Below the pieces are notes generated by a model. The model was not told the DNA's origin and ran no database searches. It saw nothing but the letters and a program-made list of their open reading frames with translations. Made by a program: the position numbers and the translations under genes. From the IMG/VR virus record IMGVR_UViG_2935054407_000001, positions 1 through 64,000 of that record: DNA of 64,000 nucleotides. One strand, 5' to 3'. Source of the DNA: a virus (Duplodnaviria > Caudoviricetes). Of this stretch, positions 9,647-18,649 are shown one piece after another; within the stretch, counting starts at the first letter, position 1; the number at the start of each line of letters is the position of its first letter.

Positions 9647-9982
9647 ATGGCTAAGCGTATTCAGGAAATCCTCATCGACGACATCGACGGTGGCGAGGCG
9701 GACGAGACGATCCTCTTCGGTCTCGACGGTGGCGGCTACGAGATCGACCTATCCGGCTCCCACGCGAAGCAGTTGCGCGAGGCGCTCGCGCCTTTCGTCG
9801 AGAGCGCTCGCCGCGTCCGCGAGCCGGTCGCCGTCCGCCGTCGCCGTGGTAGTTCGACCCCTTCGATCGACAGGGAGAAGGGCCGGATCATCCGCGCGTG
9901 GGCGAAGGACAAGGGGATCGAGGTCAGTGAGCGCGGCCGGATCGCGGCGAGTGTCGTCGAGCAGTACGAGGCAGCGCACTAG
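9647..9982 (+). CDS. lsr2: Lsr2 nucleoid-associated protein / xenogeneic silencer
   Basis: LIDDIDGG...FGLDGGGYEIDLS...IRAWAK...VSERGRI. Confidence 0.95.
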   Translation: MAKRIQEILIDDIDGGEADETILFGLDGGGYEIDLSGSHAKQLREALAPFVESARRVREPVAVRRRRGSSTPSIDREKGRIIRAWAKDKGIEVSERGRIAASVVEQYEAAH

Positions 9983-9990
9983 AAGGCAAG

Positions 9991-10028
9991 CGAAAGGCCC
10001 CGTCTCCGGAAGGAGGCGGGGCTTTTCG
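9991..10028. terminator. Bidirectional intrinsic terminator
   Basis: cgaaaggccccgtctcc...ggaggcggggcttttcg between convergent genes. Confidence 0.75.
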
Positions 10029-10031
10029 TAT

Positions 10032-10430
10032 TTAAGCGGCTTGGACCTTCGGGTCGTCACGCAGGGTGCCCAGGGAAGTCCGGACGATTGCCAGGTGCAT
10101 CGTCGGCGCGGTGAATGCCTCGTCCATCGCGGTCTTGATCACCTGGAGCACATCGTCGCGCGTTACTCCCGCCGATTTCTCTGCCGGGGACAGCGCCACA
10201 GCGGGGTCGCTGTCCACCCAGGCGAGCATGCCTTCGCGGACGCGGTCGGTCACTCCGTGGGATTTCCCCGCGCACAGGTCGAGCACATTAACAGCGCGGA
10301 ACCAGTCACGCGCGCTCTGGGCGCTGGGGTCCAGCATGTCGATCTGCTCGGCAGCCTGCCGAAGGAAGTGAGCCGCTGAGGTGAGTGACTCGATGGCCTT
10401 CGACAGACTCATGTCGCTCATACGTATCAT
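10032..10430 (-). CDS. Hypothetical protein
   Basis: ORF converging on lsr2. Confidence 0.6.
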   Translation of the reverse strand: MIRMSDMSLSKAIESLTSAAHFLRQAAEQIDMLDPSAQSARDWFRAVNVLDLCAGKSHGVTDRVREGMLAWVDSDPAVALSPAEKSAGVTRDDVLQVIKTAMDEAFTAPTMHLAIVRTSLGTLRDDPKVQAA

Positions 10431-10529
10431 CCCTTGCGTGTGTGTCTTATAAGCCAGGTCGTGTCTTTGTGCGGCGGTTCGCCGTATGCGTAACTAGCTC
10501 CTGACGTCTTGTCGTGCGGGCTGGTTTAC

Positions 10530-10916
10530 CTACCAGCCGATTGCGCCGTTTCGCTGGTTCGTCGTGTGCGTCGGCGTCGAGCCGGGCGTCGGTCCTTCGC
10601 CGGGCGTCGGCACGGTCGGGGTGGCGGACGGCTCCGGCGCAGGGGTCGGCTCGGTCGTCGGCTCTTCGGTCGGCTCGGGCTCGCTCGGCGTCTGCGTGGC
10701 CGTCGGCTCCGGCTCCGGCTCGGTCGTCGGCTCCTCGGCCGGTTCTCCGGTCTCCTCCGGCGTCGGCTCGGAAGAGGGCTCCGGCTCGGGGCTCTGCGTG
10801 GTGGTCGCTGTCGGCTCAGGGGTCGGCTCGGAGTCGGCGAGCGCGTGGGCCGGAGCGGCGAGCATGATGGCGGCGGTGAGAACGGCGCCGAGCAGGCGTG
10901 CAAGTGAACGAGACAA
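10530..10916 (-). CDS. Secreted Pro/Glu/Thr-rich protein ending NGAIGW
   Basis: Sec signal peptide (AHALA/DS) and (EP/TP)n repeats. Confidence 0.75.
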   Translation of the reverse strand: MSRSLARLLGAVLTAAIMLAAPAHALADSEPTPEPTATTTQSPEPEPSSEPTPEETGEPAEEPTTEPEPEPTATQTPSEPEPTEEPTTEPTPAPEPSATPTVPTPGEGPTPGSTPTHTTNQRNGAIGW

Positions 10917-11295
10917 CGTGCTTCCTCTATCTATGTGTACGGGTGCGCTAGGGCACTGAAAGGTTCTGGACCGTGACAGGCGTCAGCGGCGGTGACCATG
11001 TAACCGGCGGGACCGATGGGGCGTCTAGGTTTTCGGCTGTCCCATTCGGACATTGTCCGTGATACGACATCTACGCACAGTTACCCGTCCGATACTTGCT
11101 TGGGACGTTACAGATCCATGGTTTCGGACGTCCCTATGCATCAATGTCCTCGATGCACCATCCGTACCCCGTTACTCTTCCGAGACCTTCTTGGGGTCTT
11201 ACAGACGGCTCGCGTCTTTTCGTCAAGAGGTCTAGTATTTTCGGATTCGCGCCCGATAGGTTCCTTTACGCACTGACAAGCTGTAAGGACGGCAG

Positions 11296-12285
11296 GTGAA
11301 GATGGAACATGTTCTGGGACTGACCGACACCGAACGCGAGGTCTTGACGCACCTGATCAAGGACGGCTCGGATCCGGAGCAGCTCAGGCAGGCGTTTGGG
11401 CCGGAGGTGACTGCGACGATCAACTCCCTGCGGCAACAGGGAATCGTCGTAGGTGATCCGCCTGTCCCAATCCAGCCGAATCTGGCTTTCGGACGACGGC
11501 TTATGAACGAGGCCCAGACCCTTATCGCCGGTCGCGAGCTACTGGCGGAGCTGGAGCGAATGTTTCAGCAGCGGCCCACAGAAGTCGGCGCACAACCCTT
11601 CGAGATCCTCACGGAGGGAGAGGCGATCCGCCGCTACTTCGGGGCGATCTACGACAACGCCAAGAAGGAGGTTCTGAACTTCTCGACCTCGCCCTATGTC
11701 GTGGCCACACCGACCAACACCCCCAGTGAAGTGGAGGCCGCGCGGCGGGGAGTCCGGACGCGCATCATCGCAGAACAGTCAGTACTGGCCGAGGACCAAG
11801 GCCAATACGGGCTCGCGTACGCGATCAAGGCGGGCGACGAAGTCCGGGGAGCCCTGGGAACACTTCCCATGAAACTCATGGTCGCCGACCGGACGATAGG
11901 GATGCTGCCCCTGCACCGGCCGGACCACCCGGAAGGCAACGCAACGGTGGTCCTGCGCAAAAGCAACATGCTCGTCGCACTCGTAAACATGTTCGAGCAC
12001 TACTGGGAGCGTTCTGTCCCGCTCCACGTGGCTGGTGACCGGGTGGTCGCAACCGCCCCCGGCTCGCGACGCAAGAGTCTGTCCAAACGTGATCAAGTGA
12101 TCCTTGGAGCGCTCCTGAACGGAGCCACAGACCAGACGATCGCCACCACCCTGGGCGTCGCCACTCGCACCGTCGGGCGTCACATCGCCGATCTCATGAC
12201 GGTCGCAGGCGTCGAGACCCGCTTCCAACTCGGCTACCAAATCCACAAGCTCGGCTGGATTGGCAGAGACAAAGCCGCAAGCTGA
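11296..12285 (+). CDS. TrmB-like / LuxR-type HTH transcriptional regulator
   Basis: N-terminal LGLTDTEREV; PLD-like PMKLMVADRTIGMLP; C-terminal LuxR HTH (GATDQTIATTLGVATRTVGRHI...TRFQLG). Confidence 0.85.
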   Translation: MKMEHVLGLTDTEREVLTHLIKDGSDPEQLRQAFGPEVTATINSLRQQGIVVGDPPVPIQPNLAFGRRLMNEAQTLIAGRELLAELERMFQQRPTEVGAQPFEILTEGEAIRRYFGAIYDNAKKEVLNFSTSPYVVATPTNTPSEVEAARRGVRTRIIAEQSVLAEDQGQYGLAYAIKAGDEVRGALGTLPMKLMVADRTIGMLPLHRPDHPEGNATVVLRKSNMLVALVNMFEHYWERSVPLHVAGDRVVATAPGSRRKSLSKRDQVILGALLNGATDQTIATTLGVATRTVGRHIADLMTVAGVETRFQLGYQIHKLGWIGRDKAAS

Positions 12286-12294
12286 TCTACCGCA

Positions 12295-12862
12295 TTTGGG
12301 GTTAAGCCCCCCTCCGGGGCCGAGAGAGGGAAGCCAGGGAGGGGAGGCCCTGCCCCCTGCTCATGGGACGTATACGCCCGCCAAGAAGCGGGCCGTCTCA
12401 CAAGCAGAGGGGGTAGCTCATCTCCGTACGCCGTCGGTCGGTCGCATCGGTCAGGTATGGCTGCCAGGCCGGTCATTACGCGGCCCCAGGGCGGGGTGTT
12501 CTACAGATCCATCGCCTCGGCCCGATTCCCCTCGGGGTTCGGTCGTCATCCGAGGCGTACGCGTCTGCCGCGTCCAGTCCGAGCCTGCCGTGTTCCGATC
12601 CCCGCCTCGCGGCGTCCCTCGCTCGCTGGGTCCGTGCCGGAACGGTGGCCTTCGTCGAGCGGGGCTTTGGGGACCAAAGACTGGTCGCCTGTAGATTCAA
12701 TCCCCTTTAGCCTGTTCGGCCTCGCTCTACGACCGGTGGGTGAGCCGGTGCCCGGGTACTCTTTCCGCCTCGTGCCGGGATGGCGGGCCGCCTGCCGCTC
12801 GGGCAGCGTGGAGCGGGGGCTTCTGGTGCCCGCTAGACCCTGGTGGTTGTCTGACTGGGCAA
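12295..12862 (-). ncRNA. Candidate ~570-nt structured non-coding RNA
   Basis: No credible ORF; TAGGCT -10 at ~12864-12869; many hairpins and a long-range TCTACAG/CTGTAGA pairing. Confidence 0.35.
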
Positions 12863-12930
12863 GAGCCTAGCACCAAAATACCGGTCTGAAAGACGCCTTC
12901 CAGACCGGCATTCAGGCACTTCCAGGAGCG

Positions 12931-13149
12931 TCAGGCGTTGCGCTTCGCGTCCAGCTCGTCCTGCTTCTTGCGGCGGGCCGGGTGGATCTTCTCCGAGATC
13001 ACCAGCCGGTACTTCGTACGCTTCTTGCACGGCTGGTCCCTGACCGCACCGCACCAGGGCACAGGGCACATGACCTCGACGTGCTCGAATCGAGCCGCCT
13101 GGCTCTTGACCCTGATCACTCCCATACCGGGCAGTCTACCGGCAGGCAC
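12931..13149 (-). CDS. Small Zn-finger protein
   Basis: CPVPWCGA..QPC...HPAR. Confidence 0.6.
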   Translation of the reverse strand: MPAGRLPGMGVIRVKSQAARFEHVEVMCPVPWCGAVRDQPCKKRTKYRLVISEKIHPARRKKQDELDAKRNA

Positions 13150-13192
13150 GGTGATCGGTCAGCCCGGATTTCCTGCGCCGTCCTGCACAGGC

Positions 13193-13855
13193 TCAGGAAG
13201 CAGGACAGCGATCGAACGGGCGTTTGTCGTCCAGCCGGACCACGAGCTGGTGGGCGAGCGTCATGGGATGCCGGGAGTACTCCTCGAAGCTGACGAAGAC
13301 GTTCTTGGCCTGGCGCACCGGATACCCGCGCCAATTCGGCTCGAAGACGTCCCCCAGCACGCCGACCGGCTCGGCGTGCCTCACCCAGAAGACCTCGGAC
13401 GCCTCCCGCACCTTCGGGCACTGCTCACGGGCGACCGGCATACAGCGCACGCACGTGGGAGGGGCATTCGTGCCTTTGAGACCGCCGCCGATGGGCTGGT
13501 AGGTCGTTGGAGTGACGATCCACGGAATCAGCCCATTGTCCGGATCCGTCGCAGGCAGGCTGCACACCTGGCACAGATCTCGCTCCATGGCGAGGAACTG
13601 CCGCCGGGTGTTCATCTTGCGCCACAGCGGCTTGCCCTTGTAGCTCTGGCGGACCCGAGCGCGAAGGAGCGTGCCGTCCACGATCCAATCGCTCCGGCGC
13701 GGGCGGCGGTAGGAAAGACGATCCCTACCCATGGCCCGGCTTTTGGTGAAGACGAGATCTGCTGTCACGCCTTCGTCAGCATGGGCGAGCACCCACGGCA
13801 CCCGCAGATCTCCTTGGTACTGGACGAAAGGAGCCTCACGGAGTGCTTGATCCAT
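13193..13855 (-). CDS. Cys-rich hypothetical protein
   Basis: RRQFLAMERDLCQVC, PPTCVRC...CP motifs. Confidence 0.7.
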   Translation of the reverse strand: MDQALREAPFVQYQGDLRVPWVLAHADEGVTADLVFTKSRAMGRDRLSYRRPRRSDWIVDGTLLRARVRQSYKGKPLWRKMNTRRQFLAMERDLCQVCSLPATDPDNGLIPWIVTPTTYQPIGGGLKGTNAPPTCVRCMPVAREQCPKVREASEVFWVRHAEPVGVLGDVFEPNWRGYPVRQAKNVFVSFEEYSRHPMTLAHQLVVRLDDKRPFDRCPAS

Positions 13856-13856
13856 C

Positions 13857-14327
13857 TCAGGAGCCCGCTAAATTGAGCCGGAACCAGAACGCCCGGCCGA
13901 TCCCCTGGACATGATCAGTGCCCCACTCGCGCGAAAGCTGGTGTACCAGGGCCAGCCCCCGCCCGCCGAGATCTTCGTCCTCCGCCGGTCGCATGGCGGG
14001 CACGTTGACGAGCGATCCCGGATCGATGACCTCGATGTGGATCATTTCGCGGTTGACGCCGACGCCTACCGTGATCAGCCTGTCGGGATCATTGCTGGGG
14101 TCGGCGTAGAGGTGGCTGTTCGTGACGACCTCGCTCACCAGCAGCTCGGCCGTTTCCAGCAGCTCGCCCGAGACACCGTGTGCGCGCAGCAGATCGACCG
14201 CCCAGTGACGCGCCAGGCCCGGCGTCTGCGCGTTGTCGCAGGTGAAGTGGCGCATCCCGATGCACATCCCTTGCCAGCGCAAGAGCATCGATGATGCCGC
14301 TATGTAGATGTCGTCCCTGGTCATCAT
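13857..14327 (-). CDS. HATPase_c ATP-binding protein (anti-sigma/AbaA-like)
   Basis: LLVSEVVTNSHLY, IEVIDPG, GGRGLALVHQLSREWG. Confidence 0.9.
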   Translation of the reverse strand: MMTRDDIYIAASSMLLRWQGMCIGMRHFTCDNAQTPGLARHWAVDLLRAHGVSGELLETAELLVSEVVTNSHLYADPSNDPDRLITVGVGVNREMIHIEVIDPGSLVNVPAMRPAEDEDLGGRGLALVHQLSREWGTDHVQGIGRAFWFRLNLAGS

Positions 14328-14653
14328 CGCGTCGCCACCTCGTATATCTTCTGCGCCGCGTTGTCGGCCAGGGCGTCGATGCGCTGCATGTGGCCCCTCC
14401 CCCACGAGAAGAACCACTGGCCGGAGAAGAGCATCGCGTACACCCGCAACGTCTCCACCGGGAGCATCACCGCCAGGCGAGGATCCTTTTTCAGCGGAAG
14501 CTCCACCCGCGTCTCCAGCCCCAGGTCCCGAAGGTCCCAGGCCAGCCGTATGAGGTGTGTGTACTGCTCTTCCGCCTCTGTCGGTACCGTCCTGGGTACA
14601 GTGCTTTCGGTCGGCATGGATCGCACCTCCGGCGAGTGGTCAAGGTCCGTCAA
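14324..14653 (-). CDS. Hypothetical protein
   Basis: Coupled to the HATPase gene. Confidence 0.65.
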   Translation of the reverse strand: MTDLDHSPEVRSMPTESTVPRTVPTEAEEQYTHLIRLAWDLRDLGLETRVELPLKKDPRLAVMLPVETLRVYAMLFSGQWFFSWGRGHMQRIDALADNAAQKIYEVATR

Positions 14654-14811
14654 TCACCTGGTCAGCGGCTTGGCGGAGCACTTTTGAAATCGGGGGGAAT
14701 CGAGTGAACTGCGCGGATTGCGTGACCTTCTCCCACGGCTGATGGCATAGACGTAGGCCGGATCGGCTCATTCGCCTGCCGAATTCCGTAAGAGCAGTCA
14801 AGCTCTATGCC

Positions 14812-14848
14812 ATGATGCACACGTGAAGACGCACATGCAACGGCGCAT
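14812..14848 (-). promoter_or_regulatory. Promoter/operator TTGCAT-N17-CATCAT
   Basis: 19/21 identical to the element at 16023-16043. Confidence 0.55.
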
Positions 14849-14883
14849 CAACAACTCGCAAGAAAAACCGCTACCCTGGGCGC

Positions 14884-15765
14884 GTGGCAGCACGCGACAA
14901 GGCCCCGACACTGCGACTGCGGCGCTTCGCCTCCCGGCTTCGTGAGCTGCGGGAGGCCGCCGACATGTCGCCTACGGAAGTAGCGGAGCAGACCCAGATC
15001 AACCGGGCAACACTGTTCCGGATCGAAGGCGCGAAGGTGCGACCCCAAGCGCGGACGCTTCAAGCACTCCTCGACGCGTACGACGCTCCCCCGGAAGACC
15101 GTGAGTCACTGCGCGCACTTCTCAAGGCCGCAGCGGACCAAACGTGGCTCCAGACGGCAGCGTCCCTGCCGAAGGAGTACGCCACCTTCATCGGCTTTGA
15201 GTCTGAAGCCGAAAAAGTGAGCACCTACGAGCCCTTGGCCGTGCCCGGACTGCTTCAGACCGAGGACTACGCGCGGGCCATGATCAAGGGCACGGATCCC
15301 AGCCTGGCGCGCGATGAGGTCGAAAGCCGCGTCGCCGCCCGGTTGGAGCGTCAGCACCTCCTCACGCGGACCGATCCGAGCCCGCTGATGCTCTGGGCCG
15401 TGATGGACGAGTCGTCCCTGCTTCGGGAGGTCGGCGGCCGTCAGGTCATGGCCGAGCAGATGGCCAAGCTCCTAGAGGCAGCCGAAGAGCCCAACGTCAC
15501 AATCCAGGTGATTCCTCGGAGCGTTGGGGCTTACCCTGGCATGCACGGGGCGTTCGTCATCCTCGAATTCCCTGATGAAGGCCACGATGTCGTCTACATC
15601 GAGGGCAGTACAAGCACACTGTTCCTGGAGAACAAAGCGGACATCAGGGAATATAGAGTTCTAATTGAGCATCTACGGGCCGCAGCCGACGGTCCGGACG
15701 CAACACGGGCACTGCTGGCCAAGGCCCAACGGAAATGGAAGGAGGGCGGGCATGACGAAGCGTGA
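14884..15765 (+). CDS. XRE-family HTH regulator with DUF5753 domain (WhiJ/Scr1-like)
   Basis: LRELREAADMSPTEVA...; VPGLLQTEDYARA; RVAARLERQ; VVYIEG. Confidence 0.92.
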   Translation: MAARDKAPTLRLRRFASRLRELREAADMSPTEVAEQTQINRATLFRIEGAKVRPQARTLQALLDAYDAPPEDRESLRALLKAAADQTWLQTAASLPKEYATFIGFESEAEKVSTYEPLAVPGLLQTEDYARAMIKGTDPSLARDEVESRVAARLERQHLLTRTDPSPLMLWAVMDESSLLREVGGRQVMAEQMAKLLEAAEEPNVTIQVIPRSVGAYPGMHGAFVILEFPDEGHDVVYIEGSTSTLFLENKADIREYRVLIEHLRAAADGPDATRALLAKAQRKWKEGGHDEA

Positions 15766-15949
15766 CCTGTCCGACGCCAAATGGCGCAAAAGCTCGCGGA
15801 GTCAGCAGGGCAACTGCGTGGAGGTTGCCACCAACCTCCCCGGCCTCGTGGCTGTACGGGACAGCAAGGACCCTACCGGTCCGGCGCTGGTCTTCCCGCC
15901 CGGCGCATGGGCTGCCTTCACCCGCGCCATCCGGCACGGAGATTTGTGA
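15752..15949 (+). CDS. DUF397 (BldB-like) protein
   Basis: WRKSSRS...NCVEVA...VAVRDSKDPTGPAL. Confidence 0.92.
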   Translation: MTKRDLSDAKWRKSSRSQQGNCVEVATNLPGLVAVRDSKDPTGPALVFPPGAWAAFTRAIRHGDL

Positions 15950-15972
15950 TCACTCTCTGACAACGCTCTCGT

Positions 15973-16010
15973 TGGAGCCCCCGTCTATGTGACGGGGGCT
16001 CCAACTTTTT
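15973..16010 (+). terminator. Intrinsic terminator
   Basis: tggagcccccgtc-tatgt-gacgggggctcca followed by a T run. Confidence 0.75.
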
Positions 16011-16095
16011 GCCACGATGCGCATGCGCCGTTGCATACGCGTCGTTGCCGTGCCATCGTAAGGGCAGACAACCCCGCAGAGAGAAAGGATCCACG

Positions 16096-16377
16096 ATGGA
16101 CCTCAGCGTTGCCCCGTGGCGCAAGAGCGGTCGCAGCACCAGTGGCAACTGCGTGGAAGTGACGGTCGTCCCCGGCAGCCCGGAGGTCGCCGAGCACAAG
16201 GCCGACGCCGATCTGCTCTTCCTCGTCCGCGACTCCAAGGACCCGAACGGCCCGAAGCTGGCGTTCACCCGGAGCGAGTGGGACGCCTTCGTCGGCGGCG
16301 TGAAGGACGGCGAGTTCGACGGCCCGGCTTCGGGCGTCATCTCCAAGACCGACGATCGCGAAGTTTGCAACGCGTGA
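16096..16377 (+). CDS. Second DUF397 protein
   Basis: WRKSGRSTSGNCVEV...VRDSKDPNGPKLAFTRSEWDAFVGGVKDGEFD. Confidence 0.92.
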   Translation: MDLSVAPWRKSGRSTSGNCVEVTVVPGSPEVAEHKADADLLFLVRDSKDPNGPKLAFTRSEWDAFVGGVKDGEFDGPASGVISKTDDREVCNA

Positions 16378-16453
16378 CCCTCTGACCACGCTGGTCGGTA
16401 GGTAACAAGGCGAAGGCCCCTGGAGAGATCCGGGGGTCTTCGGCGTTCCCGGC

Positions 16454-16846
16454 CTACGTGCTGAAGAAGCACATCACGTACATCAGCGCGAGGGCCGAGA
16501 GCGCGTCAACCATCTCCATCTCCTGGCCCTCGCCGGGAATCTCCTCCACGCCGGTCTGGAAGTAGGTGATCAGCGCGTGCGCGCGGTCCAGGGCGAGCTG
16601 GGGGAAGGGCAGTTCCGCCGCCTCCGACAGCTTGGCGTAGATCGACGCGAGCAGCTCGGCCGGGGCGTCCGGCTTGCGCTGGTGAGCCATGGTGACGAGA
16701 CCGGCGACCACGGTGTTGAACGTCTTCATATCGCCGTGGTACATGAGGAGGCGCTGGAGATCGTGCGTCGGCCATGCGTTCCGGCCCGGATTTTCGGCGA
16801 TGCCGTCACAGATCTCGGAGAACTCGCGGAAAAGGGTCTCGTCCAT
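16454..16846 (-). CDS. Hypothetical protein
   Basis: MDETLFREF... with GGAGG upstream. Confidence 0.6.
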   Translation of the reverse strand: MDETLFREFSEICDGIAENPGRNAWPTHDLQRLLMYHGDMKTFNTVVAGLVTMAHQRKPDAPAELLASIYAKLSEAAELPFPQLALDRAHALITYFQTGVEEIPGEGQEMEMVDALSALALMYVMCFFST

Positions 16847-16976
16847 GGTCACAACGCTAGGAGGCCGCAGGGGCGGCAGGCCAGCGGCAAGCGGGTACTG
16901 CAAGAAAATGCAACGCACCCCAGCCCGTCTTTCACACAGGTAGACAGGTCGTCGGGCATGCACTAAGGTCTTCCAC

Positions 16977-17585
16977 ATGGCTAACCAGTCTAACCAGGCT
17001 AACCAACATCCGACCTATACGGAGATCGCTGACGGGCTGCGGCGCCTGATCCTCAACGGCGTCCTGGAGCCAGGCCAGCAGCTCCATCCCATCAGGGAAA
17101 TGGCTGCGAAGAACGGTGTCTCCCTAGGCACGATGAAGAACGCTCTCTCCCTCCTGCGAAACGAGGGCCTCGTAGAAGGCCACCCTGGCAAGGCGGTCTA
17201 CGTCTGCTCGACGCTCGCCATCCGCAAGGTCCTCACCGAGGAGGAGCAGGCAGCGGCGGCCGAGGCGGTCCGCGCAGCGCTGACTGCGGCCGGGTACGCC
17301 ATTCCAGCGCCGTCGCCAGAAATGACCGACACCGCAGCGCAGGTCTTTGTGACCGAGGACGAGACGGTGGATGTCGAGTTCACCGATAGCCCGTGGACGT
17401 ACACGCTGGTGTCTAACGTCTGGCACGTGCCCGCTGGCGAGGCCGGGGACTACATCCAGAAGGATTTCGGCGAGGTGGACGACCCTGAGGCAGTGGTGGC
17501 CCTCGTCAACTGGTGGATTCAGAAGCGTTATCGGGAGATCGAGGCGGAGAACGCACGGACCGACACACCGAAGGAGAACGCGTGA
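16977..17585 (+). CDS. GntR-family HTH regulator
   Basis: YTEIADGLRRLILNGVLEPGQQLHPIREMAAKNGVSLGTMKNALSLLRNEGLV. Confidence 0.85.
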   Translation: MANQSNQANQHPTYTEIADGLRRLILNGVLEPGQQLHPIREMAAKNGVSLGTMKNALSLLRNEGLVEGHPGKAVYVCSTLAIRKVLTEEEQAAAAEAVRAALTAAGYAIPAPSPEMTDTAAQVFVTEDETVDVEFTDSPWTYTLVSNVWHVPAGEAGDYIQKDFGEVDDPEAVVALVNWWIQKRYREIEAENARTDTPKENA

Positions 17586-18016
17586 AGTATCGCCGCCCAG
17601 CTCCCCGCCCGTGCGAGAGCTGCCCCTACCGCAAGGACGTCCCTTCCGGCGTATGGGCACCTGAGGAGTATGAAAAGCTCCGCGAGTACGACCGGCCGAC
17701 GGGAGAGCAGCCGCCGACCGTGTTTCTGTGCCACCAGCAAGACCGCGACTCGGCCTCCCGGATTTGCGGAGGGTGGGCCGGATGTCACGACGGTGACGAG
17801 CTGCTGGCGCTGCGAGTGGCTACGATGACGGGTCGGATGACGCCCGAGGAGGCTTACGCGGTCACGGACTACGTCTCCCCCGTCCCGCTGTTCTCCTCCG
17901 GCAAGGAGGCCGCCGATCACGGCATGGCGGAAGTCGAGCAGCCAAGCGACCAGGCAGGCAGCGTAATCGAGAAGATCGCGCGAGTGCGGCGGGACATCCG
18001 CTGGAGGGATATCTGA
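17582..18016 (+). CDS. DUF6283-like Cys-rich protein
   Basis: PRPCESCPYRKDVPSGVW...FLCHQ...CGGW. Confidence 0.75.
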   Translation: MKYRRPAPRPCESCPYRKDVPSGVWAPEEYEKLREYDRPTGEQPPTVFLCHQQDRDSASRICGGWAGCHDGDELLALRVATMTGRMTPEEAYAVTDYVSPVPLFSSGKEAADHGMAEVEQPSDQAGSVIEKIARVRRDIRWRDI

Positions 18017-18627
18017 TGCAAGTCAAGTGGTGGGGCAAGTTTCTGGAGCGTGTCGAGAAATCCGGACGGCCCGAGGAGGCTGCCAGACAACTGCGGATAC
18101 CCATGACAGAAATACGACAGCTCTTTGACGCCAAACCGGAGCTTATGAGCGAGAGCCATGAGGCACAGGCGCGGTACCACAAGAATCGCGCTAACGAGAT
18201 TCTCAGAAAGATGCTCAAAGGGAACACCTTTAAAAGGGCATGTTCAAGCAGTGGAATTAACGAAGAGGCGGCCAAGAGGTTATTTAAGTACAGCCCCGAA
18301 CTTGAACAGAAATACGAAGAGCAGCTAGCTGAATGGAACAAGTCGAATAACTGGCTTGCCAACGAAGAGCAATATTCTGAGGCCGACGCAATCACGATAA
18401 CATGGGGCGTCACCTATGCCGGTCGCATCGTGTCGGTTAGCGTACACAAATTCGGCTGCAAGTACATTCCTAAGGGAACCACCAACCTACACCAGCTCAA
18501 TTCTATCTCAGTAACCAGTAAGCGTGCGGCGGAGATTGTTCGCGAAGCCGAAAAGTTCGACGGCGCCACTCGCGGATTTCTCTGTAAGCCGTGCGGCGGG
18601 ATAAAGAATCTCCCGTCGGACGGGTAG
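18016..18627 (+). CDS. Hypothetical protein, visibly lower GC than neighbours
   Basis: 203-aa ORF coupled to the upstream gene. Confidence 0.65.
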   Translation: MQVKWWGKFLERVEKSGRPEEAARQLRIPMTEIRQLFDAKPELMSESHEAQARYHKNRANEILRKMLKGNTFKRACSSSGINEEAAKRLFKYSPELEQKYEEQLAEWNKSNNWLANEEQYSEADAITITWGVTYAGRIVSVSVHKFGCKYIPKGTTNLHQLNSISVTSKRAAEIVREAEKFDGATRGFLCKPCGGIKNLPSDG

Positions 18628-18649
18628 GAGTTCTGGAGGGGGACAACTG

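Noticed and set aside
14828-16043. Invertible segment bounded by 21-bp inverted repeats
   Set aside because: Better explained as two copies of a promoter/operator, each correctly spaced and oriented to its own gene
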